A DNA stretch of 64,000 nt, from NCBI GenBank assembly GCA_964490075.1, contig CAZBBK010000001.1, positions 124,001 to 188,000 on the forward strand, given 5' to 3'. Positions 28,281-38,042 of this stretch are shown here, piece after piece; positions within the stretch are counted from its first letter, which is position 1; every line of letters starts with the position of its first letter. Source of the stretch: an uncultured Gemmatimonadota bacterium. GTDB lineage: Bacteria; GCA-2686955. The position numbers and the translations under genes were made by a program. Under the pieces are notes generated by a model that ran no database searches, was not told where the DNA came from, and was given only the letters and a program-made list of their open reading frames with translations.

Positions 28281-30904
28281 GACTCTCCTCCTTCTGGTTC
28301 GATCAGCCCATGCAGGAATCCGAGCCGATGCGCGACGGGCAGATCGCCTTCGATTCGGAGCTTGCCTTTCTGAAACAGTGACGCCGCCGTCTCGCCGCCG
28401 GTCGCCAGAGCCACCAGGTCGGCGTCGGCCAGCATCAGAATCGTGTCGGCCTGGACGGCGGATCCCTCGAGCACCTCGGCCCCCTCGCGGCAGCTCAGGG
28501 TCCAGGTGGCGGCGGGGGCGCTGATCTCGAAACGGCAGACCGCGTCGAGCTTCGCGGCCGCGCCAGGGTCGTCGCCCAGGCGCGCGCACAGGGCCGCGAA
28601 GATCTCTGCCGCGCGCGGCTCGACGGCCTCGGCGGGCGGTCCCGGCTCCGACAGCGCGTCTCCGCCCTCCGCCCGGCGCTCCTCGGCGACGGCCAGCACG
28701 GTTTCGGGATCGATCTCTTTGAGGAACTCCAGCTGCTGCGACGCCATGATGTTGCCGGCGATCTGCAGCTTGCCGCTGAAGAAAAGCTGCTGGGCGTCGG
28801 CGGCACCGCTGCACATCGCCACGAACTCGGTGTCGGAGAGGGTCAGGGTGCACTCGGCCTGTTCGGTCTTGCCCGCATTCACCGCCCCAGACTTCAGGTC
28901 TACGGTCCAGGTGCTCTCGGGTTCGGTGAGCACGAACTGATAGACGGTCTGGATCTCATCCACCACCTCGGGGTGATCGGCCACGTGGCGGGCAATGGCG
29001 TGAAAGATGTCGCCGCTGGCCGGTCCGGAGGGCTCGGGCTCGGAAGCGGACGCGTCGCGATCGGCCGGCGCCCCCTCGGCGGGCGGCACGGGCCGTGGGA
29101 TCTCCCGGTAGAGCTCGACCACGGCCTGGGTCAGCACGGCCACCTCGCGCTCCTTGACCGATGCGCGCAGCACGATGCGCTGCTCCGACTCGCGCCACAT
29201 TTCGGTGACCAGGGTCTCGCCAGGATACACACTTTCCGCGAAGCGCACCTGGATGCTCTTGAAAAGCCGGAGGTCTCCGCCGGCAAAGCTGTCGATCACG
29301 TGGCGGGCGACATATCCGAAAGTGCACAGGCCGTGCAGAATCGGGCGTTCGAAACCGAATGCGCGGGCGATGGTGGGGTCGGCGTGCAGGGGGTTCCAGT
29401 CGCCGGAAAGGCGATAGAGCAGCGCCTGGTTGTCGCCGATGGCCTGCTCCACGCGCGCATCGGGCTCCCGCTCGGGCGGAATGTTGCGCTCTTCGGAAGG
29501 ACCGCGCTCGCCGCCCCAGCCTCCGGCCCCGCGAATCACCGCCGTGAAGCGGTTGACGATCAGCTCGGTCCCCGCCTCGTCGAAGCTACGGGTCTCGAGG
29601 ATCATCAGCGCGTTCTCGCCCTTGTCGAAGATGTCGACGATCCTGGAACGGTTGGTGAGCGTCGCCTTGGGCGGCAGCGGCAGCTTCACTTCGGTGTACT
29701 GCTCGCCGTGCAGCAGGCGGTCGAGACTGTAGTGGCAACCCGGCGCGGAACCGCCGCTGCGCGCCATCTCCAGCATCACCGCCAGGCCGGGGATCACGCC
29801 GAAGGTCGGCAGCACGCGGAATCCCTCGGGGTGCATCTCGTAGACCAGAGGCAGATCGTCGCCACCGTCGGGCTGCTGCGCCGCGCCGACGCCCAGTGCG
29901 TAGATCGCCACGTCGCGTTCGTCGTAGCTGGAGGTAGTGTCCGGAAACTCGTAGCCCAGCGCCAGGTCGAGATCGATCAGCTCGTTCCCGCCCTTGCTCG
30001 GTCCGGCGTGGACGTTGGCCATGATCGGAGCGAGCGCCGATGCGAGGTCGGTCGGATGGGTCGACTGGTCGAAAGAAGTGATCGTATTCCACTCCCCACG
30101 CACCAGCTCGGGCGTGATCGCCCGGCCGATGCGGAAAGTCCTCCCCGCCGCACGCTCCCAGCGCAGCTTGGCGAAGAAGCCGCCCCCCACCTCGAAGAGC
30201 GACCCCGTCTCCGCGCAGCTTTCGTGACACAGATAGGCGACCAACGCACTGACGCAGCCGGGATCGAGCGCCGCGAGGGTATCGGGAGGGAGCACTGTTT
30301 CGGTGAGCCGCGACGCGGCCACGGGCGCCACCGCGTTGACCAGAATATTGTGTTTCTTCCCCTCCAACGCCAGGGTGCGCGCCATTCCGAGCAGGGCCAG
30401 CTTGGCGCTCGAGTAGTTGGTCTGGCCAAAGTTGCCGTAGATGCCGGCCGCCGATGCGGTGTTGACGATGCGCCCATGCTCCTGGTCGCGCATCTGCGGC
30501 CAGGCGGCGTGCGCGACCTTGAAGCCGCCGCGCAGGTGCACCCGCATGATCAGCTCCCAGTCCTCCTCGCTCATCTTGGCGAAGCTGATGTCGCGCAGGA
30601 TGCCGGCGTTGTTGACCAAGATGTCGAGGCGGCCGTAGCGATCGAGCGCTAGTCGGACGATCTTCTCGCCCTCCTCCACCGAATCGTAGCTGGGAACCGC
30701 TTCGCCGCCCGCCTTCCTGATCTCGGCCACCACCGCATCGGCCGCCGCGGAGGATCCTGCGCTCCCCTCCGGTCCGCCGCCGAGATCGTTGACCACCACC
30801 GACGCGCCCCGCGCGCCGAAGAGCAGCGCATGGCTGCGGCCGAGCCCATTGCCGGCCCCGGTGACGAGGGCAACCTTGCCATCGAAGCGCATCTCGTTGG
30901 CCAT
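28277..30904 (-). CDS. Peroxisomal multifunctional enzyme type 2 (MFE-2)-like protein: SDR dehydrogenase + MaoC hydratase-2 + two SCP2 domains
   Basis: TGAGNGLG, NNAGILRD, GNFGQTNYSSAK; YRLSGDWNPLHADP, ILHGLCT; two SCP2 endings LFFSGKLQIAGN and LFQKGKLRIEGD. Confidence 0.92.
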   Translation of the reverse strand: MANEMRFDGKVALVTGAGNGLGRSHALLFGARGASVVVNDLGGGPEGSAGSSAAADAVVAEIRKAGGEAVPSYDSVEEGEKIVRLALDRYGRLDILVNNAGILRDISFAKMSEEDWELIMRVHLRGGFKVAHAAWPQMRDQEHGRIVNTASAAGIYGNFGQTNYSSAKLALLGMARTLALEGKKHNILVNAVAPVAASRLTETVLPPDTLAALDPGCVSALVAYLCHESCAETGSLFEVGGGFFAKLRWERAAGRTFRIGRAITPELVRGEWNTITSFDQSTHPTDLASALAPIMANVHAGPSKGGNELIDLDLALGYEFPDTTSSYDERDVAIYALGVGAAQQPDGGDDLPLVYEMHPEGFRVLPTFGVIPGLAVMLEMARSGGSAPGCHYSLDRLLHGEQYTEVKLPLPPKATLTNRSRIVDIFDKGENALMILETRSFDEAGTELIVNRFTAVIRGAGGWGGERGPSEERNIPPEREPDARVEQAIGDNQALLYRLSGDWNPLHADPTIARAFGFERPILHGLCTFGYVARHVIDSFAGGDLRLFKSIQVRFAESVYPGETLVTEMWRESEQRIVLRASVKEREVAVLTQAVVELYREIPRPVPPAEGAPADRDASASEPEPSGPASGDIFHAIARHVADHPEVVDEIQTVYQFVLTEPESTWTVDLKSGAVNAGKTEQAECTLTLSDTEFVAMCSGAADAQQLFFSGKLQIAGNIMASQQLEFLKEIDPETVLAVAEERRAEGGDALSEPGPPAEAVEPRAAEIFAALCARLGDDPGAAAKLDAVCRFEISAPAATWTLSCREGAEVLEGSAVQADTILMLADADLVALATGGETAASLFQKGKLRIEGDLPVAHRLGFLHGLIEPEGGES

Positions 30905-30958
30905 GAATCGGTCCTTTCAATCGATTGGACTGTGGAATGGCGAGAGTGTGGCCCTTAG

Positions 30959-30986
30959 AAAACAAACAGTCAAGACTGATTGTTTT
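30959..30986. promoter_or_regulatory. Palindromic operator, probably for the operon's TetR
   Basis: AAAACAA-A-CAGTC-AA-GACTG-A-TTGTTTT, ~55 nt upstream of the MFE-2 ATG. Confidence 0.6.
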
Positions 30987-31178
30987 GTCCGCGTTTCTGG
31001 GTGGCTCTGAGGTGACCCATCGCACTGCAGAATAGTCTCGGGCAAGATTGTAGAATATTGCCCAATCGGCGGACTGGGCGACCAAGCAGCAACGACTTGG
31101 GACGTGGCCTGTCTCTTGCGACACTTCCTCATCTCCCGGTCCTTACGAACCATCCCTCCTGCCCGGAGCATCTGCCGA

Positions 31179-32471
31179 ATGCAGCCCCTGCGGAACACCT
31201 CCCTACGCGCCCGGCGCCGGTTACTGGCGCCGGCTCTGCTCGTCATCGCCCTGGTCGGCCCGGCCCGGGCGAGCGGCGATGCGCAGCTCGACGAGCTCGT
31301 GGCGCGGGCGCTGGAGCACAACCTGGACATCGAGGCTCGGCTGATGCGCGCCGACGCCCTCGCCCACGAGACGACCCGTGCCGGCGCGTGGCAGAACCCG
31401 ACCCTCAGCCTGGCCTACCAGAACGTGCCGATCGAGTCCTTCGCTCTGGACCGGGAGGGGATGAGCATGGTGGCGCTGCGTGTGGCGCAGCCGCTGCCCT
31501 GGTTCGGCAAGACCGAGCGGCGCCGGGCGGTCGCCGACTACGCGGCCAGGGCGGCGCGGTGGAGCGTCGAGGAAGAGCGGGCAAGAGTCGCCGCCGAGGT
31601 GCGCCGTATCTACTACCGGTTGGCGCTGAGTCGCCAGCTCCAGAGCCTCACCCGCGATCATCTCGACCTGGTCGATCAACTGGTCGACGCGGTGCGCATC
31701 AAGTACGAGGTGGGGCGCGCGCCGGAGCAGAACTTGCTGCGCCTGGAGCTGCTGCGCACCCGTCTTGGGGACGATCTGCACGACTTCGATGCCGAATGTC
31801 GCCAGCTCCTGGCGGCCCTGAACGAGATCCTGCACCGGCCACCGACCACCGCGGTGCCGACCCCGGATCGGCTCGAGGTCGAACCGCCCGCGCAGGCACC
31901 CCACGAGCTGGCCGATCTGGCATTCGCGTTCCGCCCGGCGCTCAAGGAGCTCGACGCGCTGATCGCCCACCACCGAGCCGCGCGCGACCTGGCGCGCTAC
32001 GAAATCCGTCCCGATCCCACGCTCTTCGCCCAATATGGAGTGCGGCAGGCGCTGCGCTCGGGCGGCGCGGGCCGCGACCTGGTGACGGTGGGGCTGAGCC
32101 TGCCCCTGCCGGTGCAGTTCCGGGGCCGCAATGTCGCGGCGGCGGAGTCGGCGGCCGACCGCGCCCGAGAAGCCCGGGCGCGCCGCGAAGGGCTGCGCGA
32201 TGCCATCGCCAGCGCCCTGGAGGCTGCGCACGCACGGTGGCAGCGATCGGCCCAGAAAGCCGCCACCTATCGCCAGCGCCTGGTGCCCGACGCACACCGC
32301 ACGCTCGACGCCACCTTCGCCAGCTATCAGGTCGGTTCCGCCGATTTTCTGTCGCTCTTCGAGGCCGAGCTCGAGCTGCTGGAGTTCGAGAAGACCATTC
32401 GCAGCGCCACCGTCGCAGCACTGGTGGCGCGTACCGATATCGAGATGATCATCGGGAAGAGGACATCATGA
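31179..32471 (+). CDS. TolC-family outer-membrane efflux protein (CusC-like)
   Basis: Signal peptide, ALEHN, QPLPWFGK, KYEVG, SLPLP, YQVG..DF..L. Confidence 0.85.
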   Translation: MQPLRNTSLRARRRLLAPALLVIALVGPARASGDAQLDELVARALEHNLDIEARLMRADALAHETTRAGAWQNPTLSLAYQNVPIESFALDREGMSMVALRVAQPLPWFGKTERRRAVADYAARAARWSVEEERARVAAEVRRIYYRLALSRQLQSLTRDHLDLVDQLVDAVRIKYEVGRAPEQNLLRLELLRTRLGDDLHDFDAECRQLLAALNEILHRPPTTAVPTPDRLEVEPPAQAPHELADLAFAFRPALKELDALIAHHRAARDLARYEIRPDPTLFAQYGVRQALRSGGAGRDLVTVGLSLPLPVQFRGRNVAAAESAADRAREARARREGLRDAIASALEAAHARWQRSAQKAATYRQRLVPDAHRTLDATFASYQVGSADFLSLFEAELELLEFEKTIRSATVAALVARTDIEMIIGKRTS

Positions 32472-33982
32472 AGTACACCATTCCGCTCTGGTTGCTGCTG
32501 GCCGTCGCGGCGACACTTGCGCAGATCGCACCGCCCGCCGCCGGCGCCGACGCCGGCTCGGCCGACCACTCGTCGAGGACGATTTACACCTGCGGCATGC
32601 ACCCGCAGATCGTCCAGGACGCGCCGGGCTCCTGCCCGATCTGCGGCATGGATCTGACGTCCAAGGCCCTGACCGGCGGCGCCGTCGCCGCGGGCGCGGA
32701 TCCGCCACGCGCCGACCGCCGCATCAAGCACTGGGTGGCGCCGATGGATCCGAGCTTCATCTCCGATTCCCCCGGCAAGTCACCGATGGGCATGGACCTG
32801 GTGCCGGTCTACGAAGACCAGGGGAGCGGCTCCGGCGTGAGCATCGACCCCACCGTGGTGCAGAACATGGGGGTACGGGTGCGTCCCGCCCAACGCGCAA
32901 CGATCTTCCGCCAGGTGCGAACCATCGGCACCGTCGAGGTAGCCGAGGATCGGCTGTCGGTGGTCAATCTGCGCTACTCCGGCTGGGTGGAGCGAATCCA
33001 CGTCGACCAAACCGGAGTGTCGGTGGAAAAGGGACAGACGCTCTTCGATATCTACTCGCCGGAGCTGGTGAGCGCCCAGGAGGAGTACCTGCTGGCGCTG
33101 CGTGGCGCCACGCCCGACTCGCCGCTCGCCCGCAGCTCCCGCGCCCGGCTCGAGTTCTGGGATCTACCGCCCGCCACCATCGAACGCATCGCCGGCCGGT
33201 CGCGGGCCCAGCGCACTATCGCCGTGCGCGCCCCGCGCAGCGGTCACGTGTTGCACAAGAGCATCGTGCAGGGCGCCCGAGCGCAGGCCGGCGCCGATCT
33301 GTATCAAATCGCCGATCTGAGCACCGTCTGGGTCAACGCCGAGGTCTACGAGTTCGACGCGCCTTGGATACGAGTCGGCCAGCGCGCCACCATGGAGCTC
33401 TCTTTCGCGCCCGGCGAGACCTACCAAGGAAGTGTCGCGTACATCTACCCGACACTGAATCGACAGAGCCGCACTCTGACGGTGCGCCTGGAGTTCGCCA
33501 ATCCCGACCTGGCGCTCAAACCCGGGATGTTCGCCACGGTGCGGATCGAGACTCGTGGCAAGGAGAACGCTTTGGTAGTGCCGACCGAGTCGATCCTCCA
33601 CTCCGGCAACCGCCAACTGGTGTTCGTCGCGGTCGAGCTCGGTCGCTACGAGATGCGCGAGATCGTGCCCGGACTCGCCGGCGAAGGCGATCTGACCGAG
33701 GTGCTGGAGGGCCTGGAGCCCGGCGAACGGGTGGTGACATCGGGCCAGTTCTTGCTCGATTCGGAGAGTCAACTGAACGAAGCGGTGCAGAAATTGCTCG
33801 CCGCTCGTCTCCACGCCGGACGCGCGCGACCCGCGCCAGGCCGTGCCGACACCCTGCCCGTGGCCGCGGATCCGACCTCCTACTGGACTTGCGGCATGCA
33901 CCCCCAGGTGGTGGAGGAGGGCCCGGGAAGCTGCCCCATCTGCGGCATGGATCTCATCGAGCGCACCCAGGCGACGCCATGA
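32468..33982 (+). CDS. cusB: Cu/Ag efflux RND periplasmic adaptor with heavy-metal-binding domains
   Basis: YTCGMHPQI..PGSCPICGMDL-type motif at both ends, WVAPMDP..KSPMGMDLVP, YSPELVSAQEE, LKPGMF, FLLDSES. Confidence 0.9.
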   Translation: MKYTIPLWLLLAVAATLAQIAPPAAGADAGSADHSSRTIYTCGMHPQIVQDAPGSCPICGMDLTSKALTGGAVAAGADPPRADRRIKHWVAPMDPSFISDSPGKSPMGMDLVPVYEDQGSGSGVSIDPTVVQNMGVRVRPAQRATIFRQVRTIGTVEVAEDRLSVVNLRYSGWVERIHVDQTGVSVEKGQTLFDIYSPELVSAQEEYLLALRGATPDSPLARSSRARLEFWDLPPATIERIAGRSRAQRTIAVRAPRSGHVLHKSIVQGARAQAGADLYQIADLSTVWVNAEVYEFDAPWIRVGQRATMELSFAPGETYQGSVAYIYPTLNRQSRTLTVRLEFANPDLALKPGMFATVRIETRGKENALVVPTESILHSGNRQLVFVAVELGRYEMREIVPGLAGEGDLTEVLEGLEPGERVVTSGQFLLDSESQLNEAVQKLLAARLHAGRARPAPGRADTLPVAADPTSYWTCGMHPQVVEEGPGSCPICGMDLIERTQATP

Positions 33983-36900
33983 TCGAGTCCATCATCACCG
34001 CCTGCGTCCACAACCGCGTCTTCGTCCTCATGGTCACCGCGATCATCGTCGCGGCCGGCCTCTGGGCCCTGATCAGCACTCCGGTCGACGCGATTCCCGA
34101 TCTGAGCGACGTCCAGGTCATCGTCTACACCGACTACGCCGGCCAAGCGCCCCAGGTGGTCGAGGATCAGGTCACTTATCCCTTGACCACGGCCATGCTC
34201 GCCGTGCCCTTTGCCAAAGATATTCGTGGCTACTCCTTCTTCGGCTTCTCGATGGTGTACATCATTTTCGAGGACGGCACCGATCTCTACTGGGCACGCT
34301 CACGGGTTCTGGAGTACCTGAACTTCGCCCGCGGGCGACTACCCGCCGGTGTCGCCCCACAGCTCGGCCCCGACGCCACCGGAGTCGGCTGGGTCTACGA
34401 GTACACTCTCACCGACTTCAGTCCGCGCAGCGCGGTGCTGCGCGCGGCCCTCGATGTCGACGGCTCGGGCAAAGTCGAAGATCGAGAGCTGCCGGCGCCA
34501 CGGGCCACGACCGACAGCGCCCGCGGCACCTCGCCGGTGTACGCATCCGATCAGCTCGCAGCCCTGTTCCGCACCGAGGATCCGCCCGGCCCCGCGACGC
34601 CGGAGCGCTTCGTCGAGCGGTCGCTGCACTTCTTGTACGAGTCTTTCGACCGCGACCGCGACCGCCACATCTCGTCGGAGGAATTGTCGCTGGCGGCCAA
34701 CTTCGAAGGGATCGATCTCTCCGAGCTACGCTCGAAACAGGATTGGTACCTGCGCTACGAGCTAATGAGCGTGCCGGGTGTGGCCGAGGTGGCGTCGGTG
34801 GGCGGTTTCGTTCGCCAGTACCAGGTCGAAGTCGATCCCGAGAAGCTGCGCGCCTACGGAATCCCCCTGGCGCGGGTCAAGTCCGCCATCCAACGCAGCA
34901 ACATCGACGTCGGCGGGCGTCTGTTGGAGATGGGCGAGACCGAGTTCATGGTGCGCGGCAAGGGCTATTTGCAGTCTCTCGACGATCTGCGGCACATTCC
35001 GATCGGCGGCGACATGGTCAGCCACACGCCGGTGCTGCTCTCGCAGGTGGCCGACATCCATCTCGGCCCCGAGCTGCGCCGCGGCCTGGTAGAGATGAAC
35101 GGCACCGGCGAGGTGGTGACGGGAATCGTCATCATTCGCTTCGGCGAGAACGCCCTCAAGGTGATCGATCGCGTGAAGCAACGCATCGAGGAGCTCAAAC
35201 CGGGCCTGCCGCCGGGCGTAGAAATCCACGTCTCTTACGACCGCTCCAGTCTGATCCACCGCGCCATCGACACGCTGCGCACCAAGCTCCTGGAGGAGCT
35301 CCTCGTGGTGGCGCTGATCTGCATCGTCTTTCTGCTGCACTTCCGCTCCGCCTTCGTCGCTATCTTCACGTTGCCGGCCGGCATCTTGATGGCCTTCATC
35401 ATCATGCGCCTGATGGGCATCAACGCCAATATCATGAGCCTGGGCGGCATCGCCATCGCCATCGGGGTGATGGTCGACGCATCGGTGGTGATGGTCGAGA
35501 ACCTGCACAAGCACCGCGAACGAGATTCGGGCTCGAGTCAGGCGGAGTTGGTGATCGCCGCCTCCAAAGAGGTCGGGCCGGCACTCTTCTTCTCGCTGGT
35601 GATCGTTACGGTCAGCTTCGTTCCGGTGTTCAGTCTGGAGCAGCAGGAGGGACGTCTGTTCTCACCTCTGGCATTCACCAAGACCTTCGCCATGGGCTCC
35701 GCGGCGCTGCTCGCGGTGACGATCGTTCCGGTGCTGATGTACTACTTCGTGCGCGGCCGCATCCGCCCAGAGGCCCAGAACCCGATCAGCCGCTTCTTCA
35801 TTGCCATCTACCGGCCCTGCATCCGAGTGGTGCTGCGCTTTCCGAAAGCCACCATCTGCGTCGCCTTCGCCGCCACCGCGCTGACCTGGCTGCCCTATCG
35901 TTCCCTGGGCTCGGAGTTCATGCCTCCGCTCAATGAAGGGGATCTGCTCTACATGCCCACCACGCCGCCGGGGATCTCCATCACCAAAGCCAAGGAGCTC
36001 TTGCAGCAGACCGACAAGATCATCGTCTCTCATCCCCAGGTGGAGCATGTATTGGGCAAGGTCGGCCGCGCCGAGACCGCCACCGATCCGGCGCCGCTCT
36101 CCATGATCGAGACCACGATCATCTTGACTCCCCAGGAGACCTGGCCGCCGGGTCAGACGATCGAAGGCATCATCCGCGAGCTAGACGCCATGGTGCAGTT
36201 CCCGGGAGTCACCAACGCCTGGACGATGCCGATCCGCACCCGCATCGACATGCTGGCGACCGGCATCAAGACCCCGGTCGGCATCAAGCTCCTGGGCGAC
36301 GATCTACAAGTGCTCGGCCGGGTGGGGGAACGCATCGAGGCGGTGCTCCGAGAGCTGCCCAATACGCTCAGCGTCTACTCCGAACGGGTGGTTGGCGGCA
36401 ACTACATAGACATCGACATTCGGCGCCGCGACGCGGCGCGCTTCGGACTGACGATCGCCGACGTGCAGGAGATCATCATGAGCGCCATTGGCGGCATGAA
36501 CGTCACCTGGACCGTCGAGGGCCTGGAGCGCTATCCGGTCAATGTGCGCTACCCGCGCGAGCTGCGCAACGACATCGACAAGCTGCGTCGGGTGGCGGTT
36601 CCCACACCCATGGGACACACCATACCGCTGGCCTCGATCGCCGATCTCACAGTGGTCAAGGGCCCGCCGGCGATCAAGAGCGAAAACGCGCGCCGCACCG
36701 CCTGGATCTACGTCGATCTGAAGACCTCCGATGTCGGCGGCTATGTGCGAGAGGCGCGGCGCGCGGTGAGCTCCCAGGTGACGCTACCGGAGGGTGTGTC
36801 GCTCGCCTGGTCGGGGCAGTTCGAGTACATGCAGCGAGCCAACGCCCGGCTGTCGATCCTGGTGCCGCTGACTCTGGCGATCATCTTCGTGCTGCTCTAC

Positions 36901-37419
36901 GTACACTTTAGAAGTGTCGGCGAATCGCTGATCGTCATGTTGACCCTCCCCTTCGCGCTGGTCGGCGGTGTCTGGCTGATGTGGATCTTCGACTACAACC
37001 TCTCGGTCGCGGTGGCGGTCGGGTTCATCGCCCTGGCGGGTCTGGCGGCCGAAACCGGCGTGGTGATGCTGGTCTATCTCGACCAGAGCTATGCGCGGTG
37101 GCGCGCCGATGGGCGCCTGGTCTCTCTTGCCGATCTGAATAGTATCATCACCGAGGGCGCGGTCGATCGAGTGCGTCCCAAGCTGATGACCGTGGCCACC
37201 ACCACCATCGGACTGCTGCCGATCATGTTCGGCTCCGAGACCGGCACCCGCATCATGAAGCGCATCGCCGCGCCGATGGTCGGCGGACTGATCTCCTCGA
37301 CCCTTCTCACCCTGCTCATCATCCCCGCGATCTACCTGTTGTGGATGCGCGCCAAACACCGCCACGACCTGCCGCCGCTCGTGGCGCAGACCGAACCTAC
37401 GAAAGGGACCCAACGATGA
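33979..37419 (+). CDS. cusA: CusA/CzcA heavy-metal efflux RND transporter with EF-hand insertion
   Basis: DAIPDLSDVQVI, VEDQVTYP, GPDATGVGWVY, NIMSLGGIAIAIG, EFMPPLNEG, RIDMLATG, RPKLMT. Confidence 0.95.
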   Translation: MIESIITACVHNRVFVLMVTAIIVAAGLWALISTPVDAIPDLSDVQVIVYTDYAGQAPQVVEDQVTYPLTTAMLAVPFAKDIRGYSFFGFSMVYIIFEDGTDLYWARSRVLEYLNFARGRLPAGVAPQLGPDATGVGWVYEYTLTDFSPRSAVLRAALDVDGSGKVEDRELPAPRATTDSARGTSPVYASDQLAALFRTEDPPGPATPERFVERSLHFLYESFDRDRDRHISSEELSLAANFEGIDLSELRSKQDWYLRYELMSVPGVAEVASVGGFVRQYQVEVDPEKLRAYGIPLARVKSAIQRSNIDVGGRLLEMGETEFMVRGKGYLQSLDDLRHIPIGGDMVSHTPVLLSQVADIHLGPELRRGLVEMNGTGEVVTGIVIIRFGENALKVIDRVKQRIEELKPGLPPGVEIHVSYDRSSLIHRAIDTLRTKLLEELLVVALICIVFLLHFRSAFVAIFTLPAGILMAFIIMRLMGINANIMSLGGIAIAIGVMVDASVVMVENLHKHRERDSGSSQAELVIAASKEVGPALFFSLVIVTVSFVPVFSLEQQEGRLFSPLAFTKTFAMGSAALLAVTIVPVLMYYFVRGRIRPEAQNPISRFFIAIYRPCIRVVLRFPKATICVAFAATALTWLPYRSLGSEFMPPLNEGDLLYMPTTPPGISITKAKELLQQTDKIIVSHPQVEHVLGKVGRAETATDPAPLSMIETTIILTPQETWPPGQTIEGIIRELDAMVQFPGVTNAWTMPIRTRIDMLATGIKTPVGIKLLGDDLQVLGRVGERIEAVLRELPNTLSVYSERVVGGNYIDIDIRRRDAARFGLTIADVQEIIMSAIGGMNVTWTVEGLERYPVNVRYPRELRNDIDKLRRVAVPTPMGHTIPLASIADLTVVKGPPAIKSENARRTAWIYVDLKTSDVGGYVREARRAVSSQVTLPEGVSLAWSGQFEYMQRANARLSILVPLTLAIIFVLLYVHFRSVGESLIVMLTLPFALVGGVWLMWIFDYNLSVAVAVGFIALAGLAAETGVVMLVYLDQSYARWRADGRLVSLADLNSIITEGAVDRVRPKLMTVATTTIGLLPIMFGSETGTRIMKRIAAPMVGGLISSTLLTLLIIPAIYLLWMRAKHRHDLPPLVAQTEPTKGTQR

Positions 37420-37970
37420 AGTCAGCGCTGATCTCCCTGGTTGCTCTGGCCTTGCTCTCGGCTCCTCCCGCCGCCGCTGATGCAGGCCTGCTTGCCTTCG
37501 ACGCCAGCATGGCCCCGATCCTGCAGAGTTATCTGCAGGCCCACGAGGCATTGGCCAACGACACCACGAAAGGAGTGCAGGCCGCGGCCAAACGCATCTC
37601 CGATCTAAGCGCCGATCTGAAGGGCGCGACGGTCGCCGGCGAGCATGCGACCCACTATCGGCAGCTGCCAGAGAGGATCGGCCGCGCCGCCGCCACTCTG
37701 GCCGCGGCAACCGATCTCGCGACCGCTCGGGCGGCGTTCAAGGAGCTCTCGAAGCCGATGGCGATGTGGGGCACCATGTCGAAGCCGGCCGCGGTCGACG
37801 TGGTGTTCTGCTCGATGGCCAGGGGCAGCTGGCTACAGTCCGAGGGCGCGGTGCGCAACCCCTACTACGGCGCCAAGATGCTGCGCTGCGGCCAGGTGGT
37901 CGGCGGTGCTCGGCACGCGGCGGGCGCCACCACCGCCGAAGCCAAGGCGCACACTGATGGGCGCATGTAA
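37416..37970 (+). CDS. DUF3347-type periplasmic metal-binding accessory protein
   Basis: Signal peptide; AR.AF..LS, FCSMA.GSWLQ....RNPYYG..ML.CG. Confidence 0.8.
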   Translation: MKSALISLVALALLSAPPAAADAGLLAFDASMAPILQSYLQAHEALANDTTKGVQAAAKRISDLSADLKGATVAGEHATHYRQLPERIGRAAATLAAATDLATARAAFKELSKPMAMWGTMSKPAAVDVVFCSMARGSWLQSEGAVRNPYYGAKMLRCGQVVGGARHAAGATTAEAKAHTDGRM

Positions 37971-38042
37971 ACCGGTTGGCGGCGGACGGCGTCCAATTCC
38001 TACCAACGCGATCCGGTCAGCACCCCGAATGAGGAGACCTCG

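Noticed and set aside
31058-32467. N-terminal 470 aa of the listed 974-aa ORF, and similar extensions of the ORFs at 33364, 55082, 14917-16491 and 27099-28853
   Set aside because: Out-of-frame overlap with upstream genes; true starts are at 32468, 33979, 57731, 15570 and 28280.
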